The position numbers and the translations under genes are program-made. From Victivallales bacterium (GTDB lineage: Bacteria; Verrucomicrobiota; Lentisphaeria; Victivallales; GWF2-50-93), in the NCBI GenBank assembly GCA_041666985.1, contig JBAYFV010000002.1:1-38800 (forward strand): DNA of 38,800 bases, written 5' to 3'. The notes under the pieces are model-generated. The model was given only the letters and a program-made list of their open reading frames with translations, was not told the DNA's origin and searched no databases. Below are positions 16,564-24,539 of the stretch, one piece after another. How positions within the stretch are numbered: position 1 is the first letter of the stretch; every line of letters begins with the position of its first letter.

Positions 16564-17748
16564 TTATTTCTTTTCGAGGAGCCATTTCCTGAAGAAGTCG
16601 CCGGCCTCGGCAGGGTCGAACTGCTTGTCCTTGATGAGGCATGGACGCCAGACGCACGACATGCACCACGCGCACCAGCTTATATTCCCGTCGTCGAAGG
16701 TCTTTTTCAATTCCTTCTGATAGTTTTCCGTGACCTCCTTGAGATAGGACGATGTTTTCGGATTGGACATCAGGGTTTCCAGAAGCCTGCGGTTGAGGTC
16801 GCTGAAGTAAAGCTTGTTTCCGCTCTGTCTTTTCACCTCGTCCATCTGCGGTTTGACTTGCGGATAAAGCTCCAATATCTTTTTCTGAACATCGCTGAGG
16901 GTTACGAACTGTTCGATGTCGTATCCGACTTCGGTTGCAAAAACGAACTGTTTTTTTGCAGCCGAAGAGACAATCTTCAGGTTTTTCATCGTGGCAAGCC
17001 GGGATTCAGACGGATACGGATGCACTGAATATCCCACATTTTCCCTGTTCAAAGGATAGCTTCCGGCAAATGAGATGTCGCGGGCCCAGCTGAGACCCGA
17101 CACGAGGCAGATGGCATCGGGATCATTTCTCCGGACAATGTCAATTACCACCCCCATGTTGTTCCCCCACTCAATCCAGTCCTTTTCGGATATCTTCATG
17201 AATTCCTTGGTGACCGGTTCGCTGAACAGTTCATACATTGCAACCACCTTGTTGTCCTTGAAGTGGTTTGAGACTTCATTCCAGAAACTGTGAAGCTCCT
17301 CAATTGTTGTCCTGCCCGACTTGTCGGACGGATTGTCGGTGCTCGGCCACCCGGTAGCCTGATAGGCGATGACAACATACATGTGATGTTGTTCAGCCCA
17401 TGCAACCGCCTGGTCAAGAGACTTCAAGGTGTTGTTTTTCCCCTGTATTTTCCAAGAGAAGGGAAGTACCGGCAGTCTGACTGTGTTTGCGCCCCACTCA
17501 TGCACCTTTGCAAAGAGCCTTTCATTGAAGGGGACACATTCATTCTGGAAGCTTGCGTCTCCTGCGTTCATGCCAACCGGATCCCGGGTGGACACGCCTT
17601 TGAATACAAACGGTTTTTTCGATTCATCCAGTGCGGAATTTTTTTCTATGTGGAATTTCTGCGGAAACACGGTCGCCTGTGCGAAGACGTTTTTGTTGAA
17701 TGCCAGGATGGCGAAGAAAAGGAGAATGACAAACAGGGATCTTTTCAT
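16564..17748 (-). CDS. Secreted glycoside hydrolase, GH5 (clan GH-A)-like
   Basis: Signal peptide MKRSLFVILLFFAILAFNKNVFA. GANTVRLPV, acid/base region VAMYELFSEP (Ser where GH5 normally has Asn), HPYP, and nucleophile region FVFATEVGY. About 100-aa insert before the C-terminal W.AW strand. Confidence 0.7.
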   Translation of the reverse strand: MKRSLFVILLFFAILAFNKNVFAQATVFPQKFHIEKNSALDESKKPFVFKGVSTRDPVGMNAGDASFQNECVPFNERLFAKVHEWGANTVRLPVLPFSWKIQGKNNTLKSLDQAVAWAEQHHMYVVIAYQATGWPSTDNPSDKSGRTTIEELHSFWNEVSNHFKDNKVVAMYELFSEPVTKEFMKISEKDWIEWGNNMGVVIDIVRRNDPDAICLVSGLSWARDISFAGSYPLNRENVGYSVHPYPSESRLATMKNLKIVSSAAKKQFVFATEVGYDIEQFVTLSDVQKKILELYPQVKPQMDEVKRQSGNKLYFSDLNRRLLETLMSNPKTSSYLKEVTENYQKELKKTFDDGNISWCAWCMSCVWRPCLIKDKQFDPAEAGDFFRKWLLEKK

Positions 17749-17822
17749 TTTTCCTCCATTAAAATTGTTTGGGCAAATATATTCCGTGATTCCGCAATGC
17801 GCAATTGCTTTCGTAACTTAAA

Positions 17823-17869
17823 TATTTTTGTTTTTGTAAGGGCAAAGCGCCTGAAAGAAAACAAAAATA
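17823..17869 (-). terminator. A/T-rich hairpin downstream of hicA
   Basis: TATTTTTGTTTT (17823-17834) / AAAACAAAAATA (17858-17869) form a 12-bp stem with a 23-nt loop. It lies between the hicA stop and the GH5 start. Confidence 0.3.
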
Positions 17870-17903
17870 CAAATGAAAAAGGATTCGGTAATTCAATTGC
17901 GGC

Positions 17904-18155
17904 TTAAATGTCAAAGAGAGATGAAGCTAGCTGATCCTTAGAAATCTGAAGATGTTGGGAGATATCGTTCAATATGTTGTTCAAAGTTCCGATGCGTATC
18001 GGATTATGGTCAGGAATCGTGATGTTATGTGGGGATGGCGGAATATCTCGGGTTAACCTGATATGGCTCCCTGTCTGTCTTGTGACCACATATCCGAGGG
18101 ACTTTAAAAGTTTGCAAAGCTCTCTGCCGGAAACATCACGAGGAATCTTAGGCAT
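17904..18155 (-). CDS. hicA: HicA-family mRNA interferase toxin
   Basis: MPKIPRDVSGRELCKLLKSLGYVVTRQTGSHIRLTR...ITIPDHNPIRIGTLNNIL matches the YcfA/HicA pattern (G.EL...L...G....RQ.GSH..L). ATG 18155 overlaps the hicB stop by 8 nt. Confidence 0.8.
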   Translation of the reverse strand: MPKIPRDVSGRELCKLLKSLGYVVTRQTGSHIRLTRDIPPSPHNITIPDHNPIRIGTLNNILNDISQHLQISKDQLASSLFDI

Positions 18156-18357
18156 ATTGCAAGACTTCCTCCTTAACAAAATGGAGGCGGATTATTTTTG
18201 GGACATTGGAGTCATAATGGCATTTCATTGCATCAAGGATGTTTGCCTTGAGCTCTGGCACGGTATCAGCCTCTGTGAAGATTGACTGTCCCAGAGCCTC
18301 CGCCGTGTACCCTCCATCTGGAGAGTCTTCAACCATAAATATTATTTCGTTCATCAT
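18148..18357 (-). CDS. hicB: HicB-like antitoxin (short, N-terminal domain only)
   Basis: IIFMVEDSPDGGYTAEALGQSIFTEADTVPELKANILDAMKCH fits the HicB/UPF0150 N-domain pattern. Located immediately upstream of and overlapping hicA. Confidence 0.6.
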   Translation of the reverse strand: MMNEIIFMVEDSPDGGYTAEALGQSIFTEADTVPELKANILDAMKCHYDSNVPKIIRLHFVKEEVLQYA

Positions 18358-18491
18358 TATGTCATCTCTTTTGTTTGGTTGGAGAATATAACGAATGAAA
18401 TCATAAAATCAAACTGTCAGGGAGAATCCAATTAATAGAGGTAATTTCAAAAGTAGTCAGAGTTCAGTTTAATTTCTATGTTTATGAACCC

Positions 18492-19292
18492 CTAAAAACT
18501 CATTTTCTTCAGCCACCCAGCGCACAGGTCAACCCAAGTGGCGACATGCGGATCTGCGCCACCCATGCCCATTCCGTGGGGGCCGTCCGGGTATACGTGA
18601 AGTTCGAACGGAACTTTGTGCGAACTTAATGCTTCGGCGAAAAGGAGGCTGTTTTCCAGTGGCACACAAGCGTCATTTGCAGTATGCCATAAAAAAACAG
18701 GAGGCACGTCTTTGTGCACGTTAAGCTCCAGGGACATTTTTTTCATGAGTTCATCCGAAGGATTTTCCCCGAGCAGGTTTTTAAAGGAGGCGATATGCCC
18801 GAATCTCCCCGAACTTATCACCGGATAACAGAGAATTCCCGCGTCAGGACGTGCCGAGACTTTGTTTTTTCTGTCAGGCGCCAATGATTCCGCCAAGCCG
18901 TAATGGACGCAGGCGCTTGCGGCGAGGTGTCCGCCCGCTGAAAAACCGAGGATGGCGATTTTGTCGGGTTTGACTTTCCATTTTTCCGCATTGCGTCTGA
19001 CTGCCCTCACAGCCTCGGCAGCATCAACAAGAGGGGCGGGATGCCTGTTTGGCGCAACACGGTATTCGAGCATGAATGAATGGAATCCGGCCTCGTTGAA
19101 ACGGGCGCAGACATCCCTTCCCTCATACGATGTCATTTTTCCCGTGTAACCGCCGCCCGGCAATACAATTATTGCACCTGACGGGATTGCGGTTTTTAAA
19201 AGGAAGCTTTCCATATAGGGCTGGAATCCGTCCCCGTTTTCAGAGAGCGGGGCGGTTCCAGGCCATAACATTATTTTTTCTTGGGCATTCAT
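18492..19292 (-). CDS. Alpha/beta-hydrolase esterase (Aes / BD-FAE-like)
   Basis: Oxyanion-region LPGGGY, nucleophile elbow GFSAGGHLA, and late Asp/His (ANDACVP, DGPHGMG). Confidence 0.8.
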   Translation of the reverse strand: MNAQEKIMLWPGTAPLSENGDGFQPYMESFLLKTAIPSGAIIVLPGGGYTGKMTSYEGRDVCARFNEAGFHSFMLEYRVAPNRHPAPLVDAAEAVRAVRRNAEKWKVKPDKIAILGFSAGGHLAASACVHYGLAESLAPDRKNKVSARPDAGILCYPVISSGRFGHIASFKNLLGENPSDELMKKMSLELNVHKDVPPVFLWHTANDACVPLENSLLFAEALSSHKVPFELHVYPDGPHGMGMGGADPHVATWVDLCAGWLKKMSF

Positions 19293-19324
19293 GTGTTTTT
19301 TCTTTCTAATATTATCTAGTTGCC

Positions 19325-19411
19325 AAGGTGTTAAGTTTTAGGTTTTAAGTGTTAAGGGAATTGCCTGGAAAATCTCTTGCTTAAAACTTAACACCTGAAA
19401 CTTAAAGCTTA
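19325..19411. repeat. Long imperfect hairpin made of duplicated words (GTTAAGTTTTA-type)
   Basis: Perfect 14-bp core GGTGTTAAGTTTTA (19327-19340) / TAAAACTTAACACC (19382-19395). Whole arms 19325-19357 and 19379-19411 align with about 27 of 33 positions complementary. Each arm is two tandem copies of a roughly 16-nt word. Located between the holB stop and the esterase start. Confidence 0.75.
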
Positions 19412-19424
19412 TTTCAGAGTCACC

Positions 19425-19456
19425 AGCCGATTCGAACGGGCTGGAAAGCCCGCCCT
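19425..19456. repeat. Short relative of the window-start element
   Basis: AGCCGATTCGAAC followed by GGGCT-GGAA-AGCCC-GCCCT. Compare the reverse complement of 11-120, which starts GAGCCGATTTCAAAAC and contains GGACT-GGAA-AGTCC-GCCCT. It abuts or overlaps the holB stop codon (19455-19457). Confidence 0.5.
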
Positions 19457-20510
19457 ACCTGCTTCCCAGTGCTACATTCAGGCAGAATTCCCTCAAAGCC
19501 AGATCACCGTTCACATTCCACTGGAGCACCTGCAGGAGGTTTTCCGAAAGGCGAAGCGACCGGTATGCCTTTTTCGGATCAATGTCTTCGGGCTTTATTT
19601 TAAATTCGGAAACAAGCTCTGGGTTTGCAAGACTGTCCCGGGGGATTCCCTGGGACAGCATGTAGAGATGCGCGAACCATGCATGGATCATGCTTAAAAA
19701 CGAGTTCCTCATCCCGATATATTCCGACTCGACAGCGGCTTCGAAACGTTTCTGAATCAGCTTCTGCCCCGCCGATTCAAGGCTTTTCGAGTCAGTTAAA
19801 AACTTTTTCCAGCTGCCTGAAATTTTCTCTTCTGCGATGTCATGAAGTCTGTTTGAAATGAAGATAAGTTCGGAGGCGCAGTTTTCCGCCGCGGATATTC
19901 CCGCTTTCCCGAACATCAGCATGTGGAGAACCGGAATAAGATCCTTCATTTTCCCAATGTCGTAAACTGATTTGTTGCGCAGAAGAAGGATATTCTGGCA
20001 GCGGGAGCGGATTGTGGGGAGGAGTGTGAACGGATTCGGGGTTAAAAGGATAAGCATGCTTGAGGGGGGCGGTTCCTCAAGGGTTTTCAGAAAACAGTTC
20101 TGCACCTGCTGGTTCATGCAGTCGGCATCGTAAATGATTCCGATTTTCATTCCTCCGCCGGAAACGCTCTTGAGATGGAACTGCGACTGGAACCAGCGCA
20201 TGGTGTCGGGCTGAGTGCTGTCATCGCCGATTACGATCTGTCTTGATTTTGAAACCGGAGACAGGGTGAAGAGTTCTGAATATGTCCGGTTTTCCATCTG
20301 GCGGCAGACCTGGCATTTTCCGCATGCGTCCCCGGAATCAACAGGTTCGGGGCATGAGACGGCCTGTGCCAGGGCTGTTGAGAAATCCGCCGAAAGGGTG
20401 CTGTCGTCACTGTGAACAATGAAAGAGTGTGACAGATGTCCGGCCTTCTTTGCGGAAAGCAGGGCTTTTACGATGAAAGGGAATTCATTTTGGAATTGCA
20501 GCAGTTGCAT
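19455..20510 (-). CDS. holB: DNA polymerase III delta-prime subunit
   Basis: AAA+-like N-domain without an intact P-loop (GHLSHSFIVHS), Zn-module CGKCQVCRQMENRTYSELFTL, and SRC-type TIRSRCQ. Classical tmk-holB arrangement with a 26-nt overlap. Confidence 0.8.
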   Translation of the reverse strand: MQLLQFQNEFPFIVKALLSAKKAGHLSHSFIVHSDDSTLSADFSTALAQAVSCPEPVDSGDACGKCQVCRQMENRTYSELFTLSPVSKSRQIVIGDDSTQPDTMRWFQSQFHLKSVSGGGMKIGIIYDADCMNQQVQNCFLKTLEEPPPSSMLILLTPNPFTLLPTIRSRCQNILLLRNKSVYDIGKMKDLIPVLHMLMFGKAGISAAENCASELIFISNRLHDIAEEKISGSWKKFLTDSKSLESAGQKLIQKRFEAAVESEYIGMRNSFLSMIHAWFAHLYMLSQGIPRDSLANPELVSEFKIKPEDIDPKKAYRSLRLSENLLQVLQWNVNGDLALREFCLNVALGSR

Positions 20511-21123
20511 TTTTAACAGTTTTCACAATTTCACTGTGGACGGAGCCAATGCTTCCGGCCGAACTTATCATTTTAACGCGCCTGGGTTCCTCGGACGCTA
20601 TTTTTAAAAAGGCGTCCCGTACTTTCGAATGGAAGGAAATACCCTCGGCTTCGATTCTGTCGTTCTCGTTTCTCTCAATTCTCCTCGCGAGGCTTTCCTC
20701 AGGTGTCAGATCGAGGATGATCGTGAGATCCGGTGAACGGCCTATTGTCGCAAAGCGGTTCAATGTCCTTATGAAATCCAGACTCAGGCCTCTGGCATAT
20801 CCCTGATAGGCGACTGTTGAATCTGCAAAACGGTCGCAGATGACATATGAGCCGTTCTGCAGGGCCGGAATAATGACTTCCCGCATATGCTGTGCGCGGC
20901 TTGCCGCGAAGAGCAGGAGTTCCGTTTCGTCGGCAACGGGATTTTTCCCGGCATGGTGTTTGACTATGTTCCTGATTTCCTCGCCGATCTCGGTGCCGCC
21001 CGGTTCACGGGTGACAACGCAGTTGATTTTATTCTCCAGGAGATATTTGCTGAGGAGTTTGATATGCGTTGACTTGCCTGCGCATTCGCTCCCCTCGAAA
21101 GTTATGAAATAGCCGTTTCCCAT
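20485..21123 (-). CDS. tmk: Thymidylate kinase
   Basis: P-loop ITFEGSECAGKSTH, TREPGGT, and DRFADSTVAYQGYARG. Confidence 0.9.
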   Translation of the reverse strand: MGNGYFITFEGSECAGKSTHIKLLSKYLLENKINCVVTREPGGTEIGEEIRNIVKHHAGKNPVADETELLLFAASRAQHMREVIIPALQNGSYVICDRFADSTVAYQGYARGLSLDFIRTLNRFATIGRSPDLTIILDLTPEESLARRIERNENDRIEAEGISFHSKVRDAFLKIASEEPRRVKMISSAGSIGSVHSEIVKTVKNATAAIPK

Positions 21124-21136
21124 GACAGTCCTGTGT

Positions 21137-21214
21137 TTAAGTAATCAGTAATCAGTATGGAATGGCAAAGACATTTCAGGATCTATTTCTGAACACTGAT
21201 TGCTGGTCACTAAG
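21137..21214. repeat. Imperfect hairpin with duplicated word (AATCAGT x2)
   Basis: 21137-21158 TTAAGTAATCAGTAATCAGTAT versus the reverse complement of 21193-21214 gives 16/22 matches with a 34-nt loop. Located between the M48 stop and the tmk start on the minus strand. Confidence 0.5.
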
Positions 21215-21350
21215 GTTTATAAGTTATTTGAAAAAGCGCTTATAGCAAGAAATCATTCAGATTTTAGTTTGAATTGTTTAAGGAAACCTCTGAAAATCCA
21301 CATTATTCTTCCTTGCCGTCTATCCATAATTTACTGTTGTGCGCCATGCG

Positions 21351-22601
21351 TCAATTTTCAGAGATTCCCTTGAGATGCCTGATTCGTTCCGTGACAGGGG
21401 GATGCGAATAATGGAATTTTGCGTACAGGCGATGCGGGTGGAGGTTTGAGAGGTTTTCGGCGGAAAGTTTTATCAGTGCCGAAACCAGGCCTTTGTTTTC
21501 GCCGGTGAGGTCACATGCGAATCTGTCGGCCTCCCATTCGAATTTTCTCGAAATTAAGTTGAACACCGGCGCAATCGGATAGGTGACTGTTGATGCGATA
21601 AAGCCCAGCAGAATTATTTTTGCGGACAAGCTGTCGCCGGAAAGGTGGAATATCCGGGGCAGGATATCGCTGTTTAAAATCAGGAAGGCGAGATATGAGG
21701 AAATCAAGGCTCCTGTTTCAACGATGAAGAGGAGTTTCATGACATGTTTGCGTTTCCAGTGGCCGGCCTCATGTGCGAGGATCGCAAGGATTTCACTCTT
21801 TCCCATCTGCTGGAGGAGGGTGTCGAAGAGTACGATCCTTTTCACATGGCCGATGCCGGTAAAATATGCGTTGCTGTGTTTTGTGCGTTTTGACGCGTCC
21901 ATTTTCTGGACTTTGCTTATTTTGATTCCAGCTTTTTGCATGAGTGAAGAGATGTCCGAGACAAGTGATTCGTCTTCGATTTGAGTGTATTTGTTGAATA
22001 AGGGCTCTATTGCATATGGAGATAGGTACATGAGGAAGATGCTGAACATGAAGAACAGCAGCCATACCCAAAACCACCAGAATGCCGGACTTGCGGTGAT
22101 TATTGCGAAAGCCGCAGAGATGAGAATTGAAAGTACTACGGCGGAGATTATGAGCGATTTCGCCAGGTCGCCCAGCCAGAGCTTAAGCGTCATTTTATTG
22201 AAACCGTATTTGTTCTCTATTCTAAAAGTGCTGTAGAGGCTGAAAGGAATTTCGAGGAAGGTTTTTACAAAAATCAGCGGAAGGAAGAAAGCGAGCCCTG
22301 AAACTATGAAATTCAGGCCGAACCCGTCCAGCCGGGAACTGTATGCGTCCAGCAGGCCGGAAAATATGAATGTCAGAATGAGCGCCTCGTCAAAAACAGT
22401 ACATATAAGACCGAAACGCATTTTGTCTACGGTATAATCGGAAGTCTTCTTAAGCTGTTTGGCGTCAATCCCGCCTTTGAATTCCTCCGGAATCAGATGT
22501 CCGAAGGCCTTGAGGTGTCTGTAGTTCAGATAGTCCAGGAGGAAATCGAACGCCCTGACCACGGCATACGCTGCCAGGATTATTATAAGAATTGTGTTCA
22601 T
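21351..22601 (-). CDS. M48-family zinc metalloprotease, Ste24-like (multi-TM)
   Basis: HEAGHWKRKH (HExxH) with downstream EWEADRFA. Multi-pass N-terminal half as in M48A/Ste24 homologues. Confidence 0.85.
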   Translation of the reverse strand: MNTILIIILAAYAVVRAFDFLLDYLNYRHLKAFGHLIPEEFKGGIDAKQLKKTSDYTVDKMRFGLICTVFDEALILTFIFSGLLDAYSSRLDGFGLNFIVSGLAFFLPLIFVKTFLEIPFSLYSTFRIENKYGFNKMTLKLWLGDLAKSLIISAVVLSILISAAFAIITASPAFWWFWVWLLFFMFSIFLMYLSPYAIEPLFNKYTQIEDESLVSDISSLMQKAGIKISKVQKMDASKRTKHSNAYFTGIGHVKRIVLFDTLLQQMGKSEILAILAHEAGHWKRKHVMKLLFIVETGALISSYLAFLILNSDILPRIFHLSGDSLSAKIILLGFIASTVTYPIAPVFNLISRKFEWEADRFACDLTGENKGLVSALIKLSAENLSNLHPHRLYAKFHYSHPPVTERIRHLKGISEN

Positions 22602-22707
22602 TCTCTTAATTTTACTTTCAAAACAAACAAAAACAGCGATATTTTACAAAAATCGCAAAGATTCCCGGAAAAGTATTGTCTAATTGTCAAATACACAGGA
22701 AAAAGTT

Positions 22708-23253
22708 ATGCAGGAATCACAGTCTGTTGAAAAATTTCTGAAAGAGAAGACGACTGAGACCTTTTCTCCGGTGATAAATGAGCATATCGGCATGCTCAGG
22801 AATTTTGTTTACAGGATCGTTCTTAACGAACATGATGCCGATGACATTGTCCAGGAGGCGTTTATAACAGCATATAACAAGGCCGGATCGTTCAAGGGGA
22901 AATCAAAATTCTCGACTTGGTTATGCAGGATTGCCTGCAACAGGAGCCTGACAATGATGAGGGCTGGCAGGAAAACAATAGTCACAGACGGTGAGGACTG
23001 TCCGGAAATGAGGGATGCCAGCACCTCCAACACCCCGGACAAGCCGATGATCAGCAATGAAACACAGAGCCGTGTCATGACAGCCGTTTCAATGCTTCCG
23101 GAACACCTGAGAGCGGCGATAACGCTGATTGCTATTGATGAGAAGGAACCTGATGAAGCCGCATACATACTTGGCTGTAATAAGGCAACATTGTACTGGC
23201 GGATTCATAAGGCCAGGAAAATTTTAGGAAAAGAACTCGGAGACCTGACATGA
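22708..23253 (+). CDS. ECF-type RNA polymerase sigma factor
   Basis: Region 2 DADDIVQEAFITAYNKAGSFKGKSKFSTWLCRIACNRSL and region 4 HTH EAAYILGCNKATLYWRIHKARKIL. ATG 22708 with AGGA SD is preferred to TTG 22684. Confidence 0.85.
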   Translation: MQESQSVEKFLKEKTTETFSPVINEHIGMLRNFVYRIVLNEHDADDIVQEAFITAYNKAGSFKGKSKFSTWLCRIACNRSLTMMRAGRKTIVTDGEDCPEMRDASTSNTPDKPMISNETQSRVMTAVSMLPEHLRAAITLIAIDEKEPDEAAYILGCNKATLYWRIHKARKILGKELGDLT

Positions 23254-23283
23254 GGAGTCGGAACAACTTTTATGTAAAAACTC

Positions 23284-23369
23284 ACAAGCTGAAGCTTGGA
23301 CTCGTGCGCCTGTGGGGCGCACATCAACAAAGGAAGCTCATTCGTTGGAGTTCAAACTTTAGTTTGTCT
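23284..23369. repeat. Palindromic repeat element, GTTGGAGTTCAAACTTTAGTTTG family, copy 2
   Basis: 23344-23370 is the exact 27-nt reverse complement of 4820-4846. The inverted partner at 23284-23303 (ACAAGCTGAAGCTTGGACTC) matches 16/20, and three of the four differences are G-U compatible on the + strand. Inner perfect hairpin GTGCGCC-TGTGG-GGCGCAC (23304-23322). Confidence 0.8.
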
Positions 23370-23451
23370 TCTCTTGCTCTTTTCCCGTATTTTTTTGTAG
23401 TCAATGCCGCAAGGCATGTTCTTAACTCTAGTTTTGCTTCAGAGGTGAATT

Positions 23452-24186
23452 ATGAATAACAATAATTTGGACAATATCCTCAAAGCCTGGGACAAGAACC
23501 TCAAGCCCAGTTTCAAGGATCCCGCAGAACTCAAAAGCGGTGTAATATCAAGGATAAAGGCGGGAAACAGGTTCTTTCCGGATTCGAACGTATATTTTTT
23601 CGTCAAGAAAAAACATGTCTACAGCCTTGCCACCGCTGCTGCCGTGTTCCTGGTCATTGGCGGAGTATTCCTCTTGAATCTCAGAACAAACAAGCCAGGC
23701 CTGGCTACTCCGGAGCAACTTGCACTCCTTACAACTGACGACATGTCCGACATCAAGAGGATTTCAGATGAAGTGTGCCGTCTTTTCAATGACAAGATAC
23801 TGTGGATTATCAAGTCTGGAGACAAGATGGAGATAAAGCCCGCCGACATTTCCGACACTTCGGTTTCCAGTTCCAAAATCCTAGTCAGGCAGACTGTATT
23901 CCGGAAAACAGGCAATGGCTGGGAAAAAGTCTATATCGCCGACATCATAACAAACACGGGCCAGCAGGTGGTATTCAAGAATGACAAGAGCGATGGCTAT
24001 CTCTGGACACATCAGGCAGGCGACAACATAATCGCCCTTGAAGGCCAGATGAAACTCAGGGTCAACGGTGAGACCATCAACCTCAACTATTCCGGCGGCC
24101 AGCCGGAACAGACGCCAGTCATGCTCAAGGACATCAAGAACTCAAATTCCGAATATATAGTGTATCAGACCGTGAACCGAATATAA
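23452..24186 (+). CDS. Single-pass membrane protein, putative anti-sigma factor (by position and topology only)
   Basis: About 55-aa N-terminal cytoplasmic part, one TM (VYSLATAAAVFLVIGGVFLL), and about 165-aa extracytoplasmic domain. Lies downstream of the ECF sigma. No zf-HC2 motif seen. Confidence 0.5.
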   Translation: MNNNNLDNILKAWDKNLKPSFKDPAELKSGVISRIKAGNRFFPDSNVYFFVKKKHVYSLATAAAVFLVIGGVFLLNLRTNKPGLATPEQLALLTTDDMSDIKRISDEVCRLFNDKILWIIKSGDKMEIKPADISDTSVSSSKILVRQTVFRKTGNGWEKVYIADIITNTGQQVVFKNDKSDGYLWTHQAGDNIIALEGQMKLRVNGETINLNYSGGQPEQTPVMLKDIKNSNSEYIVYQTVNRI

Positions 24187-24190
24187 GATT

Positions 24191-24292
24191 AACCACGAAA
24201 CACCTGGAGCAGCTCGCGCCGCAACCAATTTTATAACCACAGAACACACAGAAAAAACATAAACCACGAAACACACTAATCACACGAAAAAC
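24191..24292 (+). promoter_or_regulatory. Four degenerate direct repeats of AACCACGAAACAC in the 350-nt leader of the exported-protein block
   Basis: AACCACGAAACAC at 24191-24203 and 24262-24274 (identical), AACCACAGAACAC at 24235-24247, and AATCACACGAAAAAC at 24279-24292. Inverted copy GTGTGATTCGTGGG at 24510-24523, just before ATG 24540. Confidence 0.55.
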
Positions 24293-24539
24293 TCATAATT
24301 GTCAACTTTTTGCTGCGCAAAAACTTAACAATTGATTTTTAAATAAACGTGCAAAAAAAACAAGAATATGACGGATAGTAGTACGAATGGCACGAAGGTA
24401 TTTTACATTGAAATAGAGGAGCGCTGGCGTCCCGCCGGCAATTTAAAATTGAATTATCGCAAATATTTCCATGTGTTGTGCGTCTAATTCATATAAGGAA
24501 ATATTATCTGTGTGATTCGTGGGCAGAAAGGATTTAATT

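Noticed and set aside
19421-19456. GTTCGAATC on the minus strand, resembling a tRNA T-loop
   Set aside because: The flanking complementary bases would give a 10-nt loop rather than 7 nt, and no other tRNA arms exist. The region overlaps the holB stop. It is better explained as part of the repeat shared with 11-120.
22667-22692. SigmaE-like promoter (GGAAAA ... TCAAAT) upstream of the ECF sigma gene
   Set aside because: The spacer is only 14 nt. The implied transcription start would fall on or after the SD of ATG 22708. It is too weak to report as a feature.
23250-23459. 69-aa ORF between the sigma and anti-sigma genes
   Set aside because: It is made up almost entirely of the palindromic repeat and hairpin sequences, with no SD. 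It is most likely non-coding.
24191-24292. Possibility that the ACCACGAAACAC repeats are a mini CRISPR array
   Set aside because: The repeats are only 13 nt, degenerate and irregularly spaced (44, 27 and 17 nt). No cas genes are nearby.
24368-24487. 39-codon ORF (MTDSSTNGTKVFYIEIEERW...) in the long leader before 24540
   Set aside because: It has no SD and no recognisable peptide family. It is mentioned only as a possible leader peptide under the 24191-24523 finding.
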